The notes: generated from the letters alone by a model not told the origin. Positions 25,461 to 39,981 are shown, numbered from the stretch's first letter. The stretch: 64,000 nucleotides of DNA from Octopus vulgaris (GCA_951406725.2 OX597827.1:22320001-22384000), one strand, 5' to 3'. Numbers and translations: made by a program.

Positions 25461-26869
25461 AGATGTCCACTGTAGCTTCTGAGATAACAGATGTTGGGGC
25501 GACGGGGTATCTTGATAATGATGGTGGCGCTGTAAGGGAGGGTTGTATGGCTAGTGATGGTTGCCTTTGTTGTTTGGGTGATGTTGTTGGTGGTGGTTGA
25601 GGCAAGACGTAGTATGTGGAATGGTATGTGCGTGTGTATGTTTGGAAGTTTGTATGTTCACTTTGGTGTATTTGAGAGACCGAGTCAAAAATTAACTGAC
25701 ACGGTCCAGTTTTCAGCTTCAAATAGGTACCACATGTAAGACACCCTTGTATCGTAATGAGTGTTGCTGTTCACAGGTAGTGCTCAATCCATTCTCTATT
25801 TAGAAAAATATATGTGCCCAGAATTCTAATCTCAGAAGAGCTAATCCAAATAACACCATTAATCAATAGGCTTAAGTGTTCTGTCTCTTAAACGGCAAAT
25901 ATTTAATGAAAGCTGGCATAGATGAAATACAAGTAAAATTTAAAAAAACGAGTGACGCAGGCGATAAATCATACGCTAATATTAACGAAAGTAGTTTTAA
26001 ATGCAGTCATCTTAGATACACATCAACGTTCAGGGACGAAGAGAGAAGGAATGTCTAATACTTTAACCTGGAATGATCTATCGTTTAACACAATATAAAT
26101 GCTAAGGCAGAGATAATGTCTACATGTCACTATAAGAGTAAGTTTTACTTGGTAAATTGCAATAACGATATAATATCCGATTGACTGACCTACTTAAAAC
26201 AAATAAACAAGCAAAAAAGAAGCAAATCAACGCACCATTATCAGCACTTAGGTCAAAAAGGATTTTAAACAGTAATGAATATAGAAACCTAAGGACTAAT
26301 AAAGGCGTCTTAAAATCATTAGCAAAAGAATTAAACTCGAACAAAGTCGTGCCTTTAATATGACGCACACGTACACATACATTCGCGTATGCGGCTTATA
26401 TTAAATGGTAGGTAAATACTTCTATTTTAAAGTAAAAAAAGATTGAGCAATTCTCGCTGAGGGAAGAACTGTGGGAGAAGGAAATGACGTCTGGTGATTG
26501 ATACAAAAATGACAGGAAAAATCACAGCTCCAACACTGCCTTTAGACAACGTTCGAGTGGTAGTCGAACAAAGGGCTTGTCTATGTTGTAAGATAATTGG
26601 ACAGCAGAACAGAGGATAGTTTAGTCCTTAACAAAAACAAAACCCTCCAGTTTAAATGGATTTTCTCAGGGAAAAACATTTGAATCTCTCTCTCTCACAC
26701 ACACACACGCACATACATACACATAAAGCTGATATCGAGGTACATGTGTTCATTCATATTTGTATGATGGACTCTCCGGCCAAACGACCAGCACAAATGA
26801 TTTGTTTATGAGAGATCAAATGTTCGTGCCGCGCATAAGTTCACTCCTTCCATCAAATATACATTACCT

Positions 26870-27035
26870 GAACAGGTGAACAGGTGTGCCACGGGTCAGG
26901 TGTCGAAGTTACTGCAGAACAACGTGAGATGAAGTGTTTTGCTCAAGAACACAACGCACCACTTGGTCTAGGAATCGAAACCCTGATCTCGCGACCGTAA
27001 GTGCAACACACTAACCACGGGGCCATGTGTCGTCA
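26870..27035 (-). mobile_element. SINE C/D-like head
   Basis: Reverse complement of gtggttagtgtgttgcac ... gtttcgattcc ... tgtgttcttgagcaaaacactt. Confidence 0.7.
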
Positions 27036-27080
27036 CGTAATTTTATATATAAATGTGTGTAATAACATTTATTACGACTA

Positions 27081-27670
27081 AGGCGGCAAGCTGGCAGAAT
27101 CGTTAGCACGCCGGGCGAAATACTTAGCGGTATTTCGTCTGTCGTTACGTTGTGAGTTCAAATTCCGCCGAGGTCGACTTTGCCTTTCATCCTTTCGGGG
27201 TCGATAAATTAAGTACCAGTTACGCACTGGGGTCGATGTAATCGACTTAATACCTATGTCTGTCCTTGTTTGCCCCCTCTATGTTTAGCCCCTTGTGGGT
27301 AATAAAGAAATAGAAATAGGTATTTCGTCTGTCGTTACGTTCTGAGTTCAAATTCCGCCGAGGTCAACTTCGCCTTCATCGTTTCGTGGTCGATTAAATA
27401 AGTACCAGTCACGCACTGGGGTCGATATAATCGACTTAATCTGTTTGTCTGTCCTTGTTTGTCCTCTCTGTGTTTAGCCCTTTGTGGGTAGTAAAGAAAT
27501 AGGTATTTCGTCTGTCGCTAAGTTCTAAGTTCAAATTCCGCCGATGTCGACTCTACCATTAATCCTTTCTGGGTCGATAAATTAAGTACGAGTCAAGTAC
27601 GGGAGTCGATGTAATCGACTATCACCCCCTCCCCGAAATTTCAGGCCTTGTGCCTATAGTAGAAAGGATT
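27081..27670 (+). mobile_element. SINE family B, three nested or tandem units with two tail types
   Basis: ggtatttcgtctgtcg at ~27129, 27319 and 27502; the first two units end in aaagaaata, the last in gtgcctatagtagaaaggatta. Confidence 0.9.
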
Positions 27671-29104
27671 AATTAGTACGACTAAAAATTAACCCGTTCA
27701 TCGCAAGTCCCATCTCTCAACCCTGGGCAGTGGACTTCACCCTCAGGAAATGGACTTCACACACTTCTCTACATGTTAGGTGGTAACTAATAGAATACCA
27801 CCATGTACAACAATATACTACCAGCAGAAAGTAGTCAACCAGTTCGTCAATGCCTGGAAAAGTACAAAACTCTTCAGTTGGACTTTCTTTCGATAAACCT
27901 CCATTGCCTGCTGATGTTCTACCAAGCAACACGTCCAATCTGTAAAAATAAAAAAGCATTATGGGCGTCCGTTGATATTCTTATGGAACTCAGACTTACT
28001 GGAATCCTGGTCATCCTAGCATTGGACCATCTGAAACGTAGAGCACTGCACTCCACACGACATATCACAACAGAGATACATGGATGACGGTCTTTGACTG
28101 ATTAATTCCAGAAACAAAGCCATTAATTCCATGCGACCTTCCATGTTCTTCATATTATCAAGTCAGATAATAAATATCCACCAGCAGGGGACTCCCTAAA
28201 CCAGCCCACATCCCACGGACTTTCATGGCGAATCTAAGTCCAGTTCTACAAGAAATTGAATGATATTTTTTTCCACGCAGACACTGCATATCCACAAAGC
28301 TTCAAATACCTTACAGCAACGAATGAACTGTTCTGATGAATGATCAAATGCAGCGAGGTTACGCGGAGAAGTTTCGTGAGGAAAACATTAGAAAAATGAA
28401 ATCTGTTCGGAGCTATGGACTACGTTCCATGAAGCTATTTCTCACCCACCATAAAGGCACACGTTGACAAACATAACAGTCGGTATTGGCACCGTCCGGG
28501 CGGATGGTGGCACAGATAAAGAAAAACGTAAAAAGAATTAAAACTGGGTTTAGCTGCCGTACTTTGGAATGCAGACTGAAAAGGCATTTCTTTTTCTCTT
28601 TCCGATAGACATAATTAAAACCCATAAGAACGCGGTCACACTGACCGTTGTCCTACCAGATCAGAGAAAGAACCAACACACAATGGTCAATCATTATGCT
28701 TAGTAAGCAATGTTGTTTATAAATTATCCAGCTAATGTGAAGACATACTTGTTGGAGCCACCAAATTGTAGTTGCCCTTCAGAATGGCAGAACACTTTTA
28801 CAAGGCCATGCCATAGTATTCCAACAACGACAAATATTCAAAAACATATATAAAAACACCGAAAAAGGCGAGACACACAGGCGAGGATGTGGAGTCACGT
28901 TTCAGTAGGAATCAGAGCAGCTACATTGAATTGCAGAGGGGGAGTTAGACACGTGCAGATGTATACGAAGACAGACCGACCAATAAAAATATGCAATTTG
29001 AGTTTTTCGACTTCCAATATATCGATGGCAGCAAAAATCGGGATGGGACTGTTCGTTGGCGAAGAGTTTTGTGATGTATCAGCGCATGGCATGTTGACGC
29101 ATTG

Positions 29105-29151
<47 letters not shown>

Positions 29152-29229
29152 ACAGGTTTTGTTGAATTTTCTGCTACTTTAAATAAAGTATATATATATA
29201 TATATATATATATATGCAACAAAATATTA

Positions 29230-29415
29230 TTTTACTCGTTTCAGTCATTTGTGACCATGCTGGACCACCGCCTTTAGTTGAACAAATCGACCCTGGGACT
29301 TATTCTTTGTAAGCATAATACTTATTCTATCGGACTCTTTTTGCCGTTAAGTGACTGGGACGTAAACACACCAGCATCGGTTGTCAAGCGATGGTGGGGG
29401 ACAAACATAGACACA
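29230..29415 (-). mobile_element. SINE family A 3' half
   Basis: Tail and middle segment, ending at the internal (TA)n. Confidence 0.8.
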
Positions 29416-29418
29416 ATT

Positions 29419-29490
<72 letters not shown>

Positions 29491-29506
29491 CATACATATA
29501 CACATA

Positions 29507-29739
29507 CAGGGTTGGCCAAAAGTCACCCGCCAGTAAATCAAAATTCCATAAATACTTAATATTCAATTTTATTTATTCATTCTAATTATGAATGTTTAAT
29601 AGTTGAATGATGTGAATTAAAATCATTTCTTTTCAGCATTTGTCTGTTTGCTAGCGAAGTCTCATTCAGTTGTTAAACATAAATAAATCATAGAATAAAT
29701 GGTTTTGATTTACTGTCAGGTGACTTTTGGCCAACCCTG
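29507..29739. mobile_element. Tc1/mariner-type MITE
   Basis: TIRs cagggttggccaaaagtcacc..cagtaaatcaaaa and ttttgatttactg..ggtgacttttggccaaccctg; TA on the left flank. Confidence 0.85.
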
Positions 29740-30070
29740 TTTACAGTATTAATAATGATAAGGAAAATGGAGATTTTATTTAACAGCTATTTGCAACATC
29801 CTTTACTGGACCTACGCGCGTCTCAACTGCATCGATTGCACACTGTTGGAAGTGCAACCTTATCATTATGAATACTGTTATTTACTTTACGGAAATTATG
29901 CTGTCCTAAATAGGACACTCGGATTTACAAAGTGGGAAAGGTTGCCTGAGCCTAACAACTTATTGTTAATTCGGGTATCACAAAAGGTCCTTTGGGGTTA
30001 GCCGGCATCTGAAACCGAATTAAGAGGAAATACGGCAATCGCCAGGAGAATATATTCCTTTGAACTCATG

Positions 30071-30101
<31 letters not shown>

Positions 30102-30102
<1 letters not shown>

Positions 30103-30612
30103 TAGCAGCATAGCCCGGCATTGCCCGGGTATGTAAGAGCCCTGGAGCAGACATGATGCTCGCTGTGAATTTTAAAAAAATTCCTGCCAATTTGTGAAAG
30201 ATATTGTCGAAAATATGTCATCTTGAATTTGAACGCGATTTCCCAAAATAGCATGATTTTATCGATTTTTTCTGATGGTAAGGTATTGCATGGAAAACTA
30301 ACGCCAGAATTAAGTTTCTTAGGGTAACATTAAGCTTCACCATGAGTTTGGTCAAAATCGATTACAAGTTGCGAAAACTACAACAGAAAATGTGTTGCAA
30401 ATAAAAAGCTTAGATTCTCGACCCCATGTCGAATTTATTAATTTTTTTCAGAACTGGGGGAACTTTTCAAAATTAGTTTTGAATTATGACATTGGGTTAT
30501 GTGTGTGTCAAGTTTCATCAGAATCGGTTGAAAGCCGTGGTCAGGGTGAGGGTACAACCTGACAGACACACAGACACACAGACAGACAAACTGCCGTTTA
30601 TATAGAGAGAGA
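30102..30612 (-). mobile_element. Non-autonomous Helitron (Lep1-like layout)
   Basis: The minus strand starts with TC, has a subterminal (CTGT)n tract, and ends with hairpin cccgggcaatgccggg followed by CTAG; inserted between A and T within (TA)n. Confidence 0.8.
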
Positions 30613-30619
30613 TATATAT

Positions 30620-30918
30620 ATCGCGGTATCGCTCAGACTGTCGGATGTTGTTATACATCGCTGGTCACAATGCACTTGACGTCGTTTTAGCTTTCGAATG
30701 ATGCCTCTCCGCAGCTGGGTAGGAGAACATGCCAACATCCAACCTTGGTCGGGTGGCTAGTCGGGTACAGAGTGATCCGTTTACAGCTGAGTGGACTTGA
30801 GCAACGGGAATTGAAGCGTTTTGCTCAAGAACACAACGCGTCACCTAGTCCAGGAATCGAAATCACTATCCTGTGATCGTGAGTGCAACATCCCTAACCA
30901 CTGAGCTATGTCCTTCAT
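30620..30918 (-). mobile_element. SINE family D
   Basis: Colinear with 16925-17220. Confidence 0.75.
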
Positions 30919-30922
30919 ATGC

Positions 30923-31003
<81 letters not shown>

Positions 31004-31172
31004 TGTATGCCAAAGGTAAGTAGAGTTAACGGTTGGAGTAACCATCTAAGGGATAAGAATATCCGTTATTACTACTGGTGTAAATAACCTATGTTAACCC
31101 TGGGCATGGGTATACAAGCTATGCACATCGGATACAGGCAATAACAGAATAAACGAGAGTTTATCAGGAATC

Positions 31173-31553
31173 AAATTTAAAATGAGAGAATGGAGAAAAC
31201 TTTTGATCAACAAAAAGTTGACTACTATCGTTTAAATATTTTCTAATACAAGGCTTGAATATTGCTTACAGCCGTTTCTGCTGCCTATGTCAGTCGGTGC
31301 CGCCAAAGAAAATTGTGAGAATAATATTCGTCATTTTTATAGCACATCCGATCTAGTACATGGAGCTTCATCAGAGTGAATGCAAATACATAAAAGAAGA
31401 GAAGAAGGAAGAAGAAAGAACAGGGCCCCGAGATGAGATATTGGCAGCAGAAACGGCTGTAAGCAATGTTCAAGCTTTGTATTAAAAAATATTTAAACGA
31501 TGGCAGTCAATTTGTTTGTTGATCAAGAGTTTTCTCCATTTCTGCTCATTTTA

Positions 31554-31558
<5 letters not shown>
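31173..31558. repeat. Fold-back element with ~113-bp arms and CTGATGA in the spacer (minus strand)
   Basis: Arms 31173-31285 and 31443-31558; tcatcag at ~31368-31374. Confidence 0.8.
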
Positions 31559-31605
<47 letters not shown>

Positions 31606-31697
31606 ATAAAAAGTGACAACAAAAGAGTGAGACCTCGACATTAGGTAAATAGAGAATATTTATATATATGTATAGTTTAGGACAATCAGTAAGTTTT

Positions 31698-31764
31698 CAT
31701 AATAGTACTCAGTGTTTCAAATGCCAGAGCTAAGAGCAACGATGCATTCTCATCGACTATTATG
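31698..31764 (-). ncRNA. Hammerhead-like motif with an 8-bp stem I and variant core
   Basis: cataatag-TCGATGA-gaatgc...gcattt-GAAA-cactgag-TA-ctattatg. Confidence 0.65.
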
Positions 31765-31974
31765 ACAATAGACGTTATAAAAGAAACCGTTGAATAAAAG
31801 GGAAGTTACTCTAATAGGTAGGAAAATATAAAAGATAAAAAACATAGGTATAAAACCTCCTGCGTTCATAACGTCTACATACGTATATAGAGATATGCAT
31901 ACTTGTATGTATAAATGTCTAGATATATGTGTATGCAGGCATACACGGATGCGTATATCATGATGAAGTTTCGT

Positions 31975-32096
<122 letters not shown>

Positions 32097-32638
32097 ATAC
32101 ACACACACACGTTTATGCACATATACAGGTACATAGATATGAATATTAACAAATTGAAAGCTATTATATTTATAAACGAACGTGTACATACATACATATT
32201 TGGAAATATGCATATGTACGTATGTATGCACGTATGTAAATACAAGCAGGTGTACACCGTGTATGTATGTATGTATGTATGTAGATGCATGCACACAAAT
32301 ATAAAATGAGTTTTCATCAAGAACGAAAGCTGAGAGCCTGAGGGTTGCAAATCGTAAACTTCAACCTAAATCCACCTTGTCATCTTGGTAAAAATTTAAA
32401 TCTCAGATGAGATTGTTTAAATTACAAAGACACCCAGCTTCCATAAATCCAAACATGGCTTGCATTAAAATCGATGGTGTTTTATTCAATTTCGCTTCTT
32501 ATTCCTTTCTAACCAGATTGATGAGGAACTGCAACAGGAGTTGCTCAGAGGCACGTCTGTGAATACCTAGCAGCGAAATTTTAAACTTTCGACATTTAAG
32601 TACGAGAAGCTTCTAGACTTTTCTCACTGCTGGAATGA

Positions 32639-32697
<59 letters not shown>

Positions 32698-32727
32698 CAC
32701 ACACACGTATGTATGTATGTATGTATG

Positions 32728-32759
<32 letters not shown>

Positions 32760-33031
32760 ACAGAAATAATTGAATTAAATTCATAAATTCTCGTTATTGA
32801 ATTTATATTATTTTACGTTTTAAGAAGGAAATGGAGGAGGTATTTTCTTTTCGCTTTCTTCGTTTTACAAATTCGCCATTGCTTCCAGGTAACGGAGAAG
32901 ATAAAAATAGACACGGAGAATATAGGGATTCCTGTAGACGATCAAATATAAAGATGTATAAACAACACAAATGAATATGTACATTCTTTCTTACATACGC
33001 GCGCTTGTATGTGCGTGGTCATCTGCTTATG

Positions 33032-33078
<47 letters not shown>

Positions 33079-33199
33079 ATATAAATGTACGGAGAGAGAG
33101 AGAGAGAGACTGACAGACAAAGAGAAAACAAGGGAAAGAGAAAGATACACACAAATATGTATACATACACACACACGCAAATATGAATGTATGTATGTG

Positions 33200-33265
<66 letters not shown>

Positions 33266-33286
33266 TCATACGATATAGTGTATATT

Positions 33287-33610
33287 TAAACACATAAGGA
33301 ATCCACTTATAGGAATTCAAAACGCTAAAAAGAAAAGCTAGGTTCTATAACCACAAAAATTGGTGATAAAATTCGACAGGAACGAATTGAAAAATGAAAA
33401 ACATTTTACCATCTTGTTTCCTGGACCAATTGGTTCCTTGACTCGCTAAACTAAGATCAGAAACCAATTGGTCCAGGAAACTAAATGGTAAAATGTTTTT
33501 CATTTTTCAATTCGTTCCTGTCGAATTTTATCCCCAATTTTTGTGGTTATAGAACCTAGCTGTTCTTTCTAGCGTGTTGAATTCCTATAAGTGGATTCCT
33601 TATGTGTTTA
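33287..33610. repeat. Fold-back element with ~150-bp arms between (TA)n tracts; HHR 3' half at the turn
   Basis: Arms 33287-33435 and 33462-33610; GAAA-ccaattgg-TC at 33460-33473. Confidence 0.9.
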
Positions 33611-33612
33611 TG

Positions 33613-33678
<66 letters not shown>

Positions 33679-33904
33679 TCCTGCGTTCATAACGTCTACA
33701 TACGTATATAGAGATATGCATACTTGTATGTATAAATGTCTAGATATATGTGTATGTATGTATATATATATATAGGAGATAGTAATAATTTTCTATATGG
33801 ATCATACCCAGCTCTCATCTCCTATTGTGTGTACTCACCCACACATATATATTTACATTTAATACATATATGTAATTTGATAAAACTAAATATAGTTTAA
33901 AACT

Positions 33905-34106
33905 TTTGGCCCAAGGTCAGCAATTCTAGAGGAGGCAGTAAGTCGATTACATCGACCTCAGTACGCAACTGGTACTTATTTTATCGACCTAGAAAGGATG
34001 AAAGATAAAGTTGACCTCGGCGGAATTTGAACTCAGAACGTAGCGGCAGACGAATGCCGCTAAGCATTTCGCCCGGTGTGCTAACGATTTAGCCAGTTCG
34101 CCGCCC
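33905..34106 (-). mobile_element. SINE family B
   Basis: Head and body match the other B copies. Confidence 0.85.
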
Positions 34107-34323
34107 AGCTCAGATGAAATCTGAACATGTATAAAGCAGCTGTTTAAGCGTTGGTTCAATTAGGATATCTACGAAGCGACGGTTGTGTTGAAGAGGCAGA
34201 AATTCGTCCGTGTAGAAGTAAATAAAATGTTACCAAACAGGGAATCGAGTTTCCTCTCTATCAGAACAAATGAATGGATGGAGTGTGAATTGATTGGAAA
34301 GTGGTCTGAGGAAAAGGAGACAT

Positions 34324-34390
<67 letters not shown>

Positions 34391-34984
34391 CACACATGAA
34401 TATATAGTGTCTCGGTGTTGGCGATTGTAGTGATGTAGAGAAAAGGGTTGTTTTGTCTATTTCCCTATTCTCCTATGTGAAATCCATTGCGGATAAAGGG
34501 TTCTTTACGTTCCCAGATTAAATCCTGTCGACTTTACATTTCATTTTTTGGGGGTCCAATAATATAAAGTACCAGTCATGTACTGGGTTCAATGAATTCA
34601 ATTAAATCCCTTCCCGTCACAATTTCTGGCCTTCTGCTTAAATTAGAAACCATTCTGCTAATTAAGGACGTCCATATTTATTACACTATATTAATTAAAG
34701 ATGTCTATATTACACTATATTAATTAATATGTAATTTCTCTAGATTAAGAATTACCGCAACGTCATGGTGGTGGTGGCGGGGTTAGTGATGTGGCTGTTG
34801 TTGTTGTTGTTGTTATTTAGCTTTCAGTTTTAGCCCCAACCGACAAACAGTTCGGTGATGAAAGGGATTTCCGTCGTCAATATCCCATCTTTGTCATATC
34901 TTCAGGGAATACAGGACCTCATTACCTTACGTGGTGGGGGTGCTCTTGTTGTTGTGGTGGTGGTGGTAGGAAAGGATATTTAAA

Positions 34985-35039
<55 letters not shown>

Positions 35040-35469
35040 GTTTTCAGTTACAATTGTTTCTTTATTTGCCAGATGGGCAGGGGATGAGCTGACATTCCAA
35101 AAACTGTGTCAACTTGTATGAGGAAACAGCAACAATAACAAGAACAACAACAGTGTATAAGGATGTGTGATGAGGGATATTAAGTTATCAAGGCATATGA
35201 GGAAACAAAGTCGAGATGCATGAAACATCCATGCTCCCACCACCCACCCCCAATTTGTTTTTCTTTTCCCATGTTAGAAATCGATGAAATCGCCATCTTC
35301 CCCATCTGAAATTTCTTTAGAAAAACCTTTTCTTCCGGAAGTTATGAGGTGTGTGAATTATCCGTAACTCCTCTTCCTTTCCGTCTGAAAAGCTTTCTCC
35401 ACAACAACTTTCGATATAATCGGAAATTACACCAACAGAAAGGGGTTTTGGAGGAAACTTCATGCGCAT

Positions 35470-35870
35470 GCGTGGGGCAAAGTAAGACGTTTGTTTCCCA
35501 ACCGCATGGTTCCGAGTTCAGTTCCACTGCGTGGAACGCAAAAGTCTTTTACTATAGCTCCAGACGAACGAAAGCTTTGTGGGGTGGATTCGGTAGATGG
35601 AAACTGAAAGAAGCCCGCCGTATATACATGTGTTTGTGTGTGCATGTGCGTGTGTGCGTGTGCGTATGTGTCTTTGTGTCTGTGTTTGTCCCCTACCACC
35701 GCTTGACGACCGGTGTTGGTTTGTTTACGTCCCCGTTAACTTAGCGGTTCGGCAAAAGAGACCGCTAGAATAAGTACCAGGCTTTAAAAAAAGCACTGGA
35801 GTCGATTCGTCCGACTAAAAACTCTTCAAAGCGGTGCCCCAGCATGGCCGCGGTCTAATGACTGAAACGA
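35470..35870 (+). mobile_element. SINE family A (diverged)
   Basis: Head, internal (TG)n and tail are present. Confidence 0.8.
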
Positions 35871-36210
35871 CTTAGAGATGAAAGACATAGATCCATTTCA
35901 TAGAAGGTTATAAGGAAAAAAAAGTCGAGTGAGGACAGAGTTCTGTAGTTATGTCCTAAACTTATTGACTGAGCGAATGAGAAAAATGAAACGGAGTAGA
36001 ATAGAAACGAGTATTAGACATAACATTAGAAAAATTACACAAATTGGAAATCACCTGTGAAAATACTATTTAGTGACCAGCAGAAAACCACCCGGAGGGC
36101 CGTGTTTCTGTGCAGTCGCTGAATGGGTCGAGAGGGTATCCATGTCAAATGGCGATTACATGAACACCTAAAAACAGTAGTGAAAATGTGGTATATATAC
36201 ATACATACAT

Positions 36211-36275
<65 letters not shown>

Positions 36276-36294
36276 CACATATATATATATATAA

Positions 36295-36660
36295 CATTGA
36301 TATGTTTCGACCAAAGATTGACTCAGGCCATCTCTAACTTAAAAGCACCACCTGATAGGATTAGCTAAATCCATTTTTAAGTCAAGTTTTGTGGTATCAT
36401 GGTCCATTCGAGTAAGGAGTTCTTTTTTACTGAGTCCTATCCAGGTATAGGTGGCTTATTTGGTATCCCTTGAAGAAATTTGTCCAGATTCCGTTTAAAG
36501 GTGATGGGATCCTTTTTTCTTTGATCTGCTTTAGGACGATGTTAAATAAGGCAGGGTCTGTTGAGGAAGACAGATTGTATTGCAGTATATTTATGTATTG
36601 TGATCCTGAATTGGGCAGGGGACATTTGGCCCGTCATCCTAGCTATTGATGAATTCTGAA
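36295..36660 (-). mobile_element. CR1/L2-like LINE 3' end
   Basis: Homologous to the 3' end of 54975-56720 (caggccat.tctaactta..agca.cacctg; gaaggRatttgtcc-like segment). Confidence 0.7.
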
Positions 36661-36728
36661 ATTAATTAGAAAATTACTATTTTTAAATCTCACAGCGCGA
36701 GATATTCAGCAACAGTACTTTGTAGTAA

Positions 36729-36980
36729 AGATTGTTTGCCAACATAACATGGCAGTCCTGGTTTAGGACGAATGCTGCTGTAATTTAGCCCCAGGAGACA
36801 TCGTCTCCAGCTGGCTGTACAACACAATCTGTGTCATTATATATATATATATTTTTTTTTTCGAAAGTATAAGGACACAGATCGTGTCGTATAGCCAGCT
36901 GGAGATGATGTCTCATGGGGCTAAATTACAGCAACATTCGTCCTAAACCAGGACCTCCATGTTATGTTGGCAAACTGTCT
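36729..36980. repeat. Inverted repeat with ~112-bp arms (fold-back or MITE-like)
   Basis: Arms 36729-36841 and 36868-36980. Confidence 0.85.
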
Positions 36981-37172
36981 TTTCTGAAATTAACGTTGAG
37001 TTCGTTTGGACAATGTTGATGGTATATTCTCCACATCGTGCAAATGGTGTATCATTCACGGCGGCGCAGGAGAGAATAGAGTTTATACATACATACATAC
37101 ATACATACATACATGCATACATAAATACATATATACATACATGCATATATATATGTATATATATATATAAAT

Positions 37173-37207
<35 letters not shown>

Positions 37208-37209
<2 letters not shown>

Positions 37210-37410
37210 CAGATGAATATGGTACTTAAGTTGAGGCACCAAAATTTAGTACGGTATTATCCATACAATTTCAAAATAAGGTGATTAAAATCAAAATAAG
37301 CAACAAGGATATCCAGAGGCAATGCAGTACGATCGCTTCATGCAACTCCATTTAATTGAATAATGCAATCATTACATCAATTTGAATGCAGAGCAGTCCT
37401 CAGCAGCATA
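37208..37410 (-). mobile_element. Microsatellite-anchored repeat, same family as 46543-46837
   Basis: Shares attcagatgaatatggta...ggcacca.aattt.gta.ggtattatccata...tcaaaataagcaacaa with 46543-46837. Confidence 0.65.
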
Positions 37411-37859
37411 AAGACAGAATTTGATTTAATTAAAACAGATGGACACATTAGTATAATTATACCTAAAATTTCCAAGAAGGTAAGGAGATACACAAAGAAC
37501 ATGCTGTCTTCACATCAGCTTAGAAGCTACTAAGGTATCAGGAAGAAAGACTTGTTGCAGCTTTTATTTGTCACGGTTTTATGTTCATTTAACAACTTCT
37601 ATTGAACTGTGCATCAAATATGATCTGGTCGAGACAAAAGCCTTTTTGTAGCTTTTCAGAAAAGGATTTTGTAGCTGGCGTCCTCAGCAGTCAAAGCGAC
37701 GACCTCTTTTGGACGACGCACATGCCCGAAGAGGCACGATTGTGGATATGAGCTGACATGCGCCATGAGGGGAGCTGACTGCCTCATATATTGAGACGTG
37801 CCACTTGTCATTTGTGTGTGACGTAGAGATGCAAGTCGGCAAATCTATGCTTAAAATAA

Positions 37860-38560
37860 CTGAATGTCAACAACCAAAAAGACCTTGAATAGTTATGCCA
37901 TTCGCAGTCACTATAACCATCCGACTAACAGTGCAACCTGACACTCCACTAAGGGATGCTGCACCATCCTCTGCCACAGAAAGCTTCGCAAAATGCAAGC
38001 GTACTGATTGGTTTGACGAAAATGATGGAAAGGTGGAAGGACAGCCTGGTGAAAGACGAAGGTGGCATGAAACAATTCTTGGTGGACGAGGTACACGACA
38101 AGCTGCCGCTGACTCAAAAAGGCAGATGCCCTACTACGAAAGGAACTACGGTGGTATTTTAAAGAGAGATGGAGGAAGGAGGAAGAAATTCGGCTCATTA
38201 CTGGCTTTCACAATATGAAGACTGTCTAAGCCAGTGTAAGCGCACGGTACTCTGAAAAGTAGAAACACATCAACGAGAAGGTAGAATGGATCGCATCTCT
38301 GCAACCAAAAAGAGGGACATCATAAGGCGCTGGTGGGAACATTTTGGAAAAGTTTAAGCCAACCTTCAACAATTTCTCATAAACTTGTGGACTGTGTCCT
38401 ACAAATCCCGGCAGGTATCAGTTTGGTTCAACCACTGAATATGAAGCAGCTAGTAACAGCCTCACGTGGTACGCAATCAGAGCAGTCTCCTGATGCTGAA
38501 AGCATCATCCCCTCCCAAAGTCTATGAATATGGTTTGAAGGAATTATGTCTCATATACAT
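37860..38560 (+). mobile_element. Decayed RTE-clade LINE fragment (between EN and RT)
   Basis: KRTDWFDEND and LSQPSTIS...QSPDAESI resemble the RTE 'DWFDEND' and 'K.PG.D.I' motifs. Confidence 0.6.
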
Positions 38561-39019
38561 ATTGATTTTCAATCAAATCTCCTGCGAGTTAACATGGGAT
38601 CCCTTAACGAACAAGTAACCTCCATTTGACTAAGGTATCTTTGGCGTGATGAGTAGTTAGGTAGCAGAGTACCCCTCGTTTGGGTAATTACTACTTCCGA
38701 GGTTCTGCTAGATAGGAAACATATGTAGCCTGGATTTGATCTACTTCATACCCCAAATTTGGATATACATACACGTCAATACACACACACACACACACAC
38801 ACAGACGTAGGTATACGTATATACGGTCATGTGATCCGTATGGAGGGCAGTAAGATCTTGAATTCCTTCTTCTTCGTAGTCTTCCGTTTCATCCTTCCCA
38901 CATGATCCCTATATTAATTATTCACCCCCTAACCGTACTTTTATCAGCTTTTTGCTTCCTCCCGATATGAGCACAATGTAAGAGTGGCACCTTTTGATGC
39001 AAGTGCCACTCAAACATTA

Positions 39020-39218
39020 CTCTTTACTCTTTACTCTTTCACTTGTTTCAGTCATTTGACTTCACCCATGCAGGAGCACTACCTTTAGTCGAACAAATCG
39101 ACCCCAGGACTTATTCTTTGTAAGCCTAGTACTTATTCTATTGGTCTCTTTTGCCGAACCGATAAGTTACGGGGGACGTAAACACACCAACATCGGTTGC
39201 CAAGCAATGCTAAGAGGA

Positions 39219-39308
<90 letters not shown>

Positions 39309-39462
39309 CGACGGGCTTCTTTCAGTTTCCGTCTACCAAATCCACTCACAAGGCTTTGGTCGGCCCGAGGCTATAGTAGAAGACACTTGCCCAAGGTGCC
39401 ACGCAGTGGGACTGAACCCAGAACCATATGGTTTGTAAGCAAGCTACTTACCACACAGCCAC
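39020..39462 (-). mobile_element. SINE family A
   Basis: Near full length, with internal (CA)n(TA)n. Confidence 0.9.
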
Positions 39463-39708
39463 TTTTCACTTCGAATTTTTGTGTAAACTGGTGTTGCAAA
39501 CAGAATTGGTAGAGAAACATTTGTAATGAATCAGCGAAAATATGTTGAACGGTTTCTTTGCCCTTTTATTATGCGGATTATAGTTTACACTTCGCGACAC
39601 CCACGCAACAATTTTACTGTCGTTGAAGAATGTTGGTATTAGTCTGGAATCCGTCAGTGTTGATAACCCAGAACTCAGGTTGGGTGCTTCTCTGAAAATA
39701 CCTTACCT

Positions 39709-39938
39709 ATTTCTTTATTACCCACAAGGGGTTAAACACAGAGAGGACAAACAAGGACAGACAAACGGATTAAGTCGATTGCATGGACCCCAGTGCGTAA
39801 CTGGTACTTAATTTATCGACCCCGAAAGGATGAAAGGCAAAGTCGACCTAGGCGGAATTTGAACTCAGAACGTAACGGCGGACCAAATACCCCTAAGCAG
39901 TTCCCCGGCGTCTTAACGTATCTGCCAGCTCGCCGCCC
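39709..39938 (-). mobile_element. SINE family B with a 21-bp target-site duplication
   Basis: ttctctgaaaataccttacct at 39688-39708 and 39941-39961. Confidence 0.9.
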
Positions 39939-39981
39939 TTTTCTCTGAAAATACCTTACCTTTATACTTCACCGGGACTTA

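Noticed and set aside
27690-28500. Possible old LINE fragments (also 24590-24960)
   Set aside because: Only scattered weak motif resemblance; boundaries and class cannot be supported.
32510-32562. Hammerhead-like TTGATGA...cacgTC
   Set aside because: The GAAA box is missing and the stems are ambiguous.
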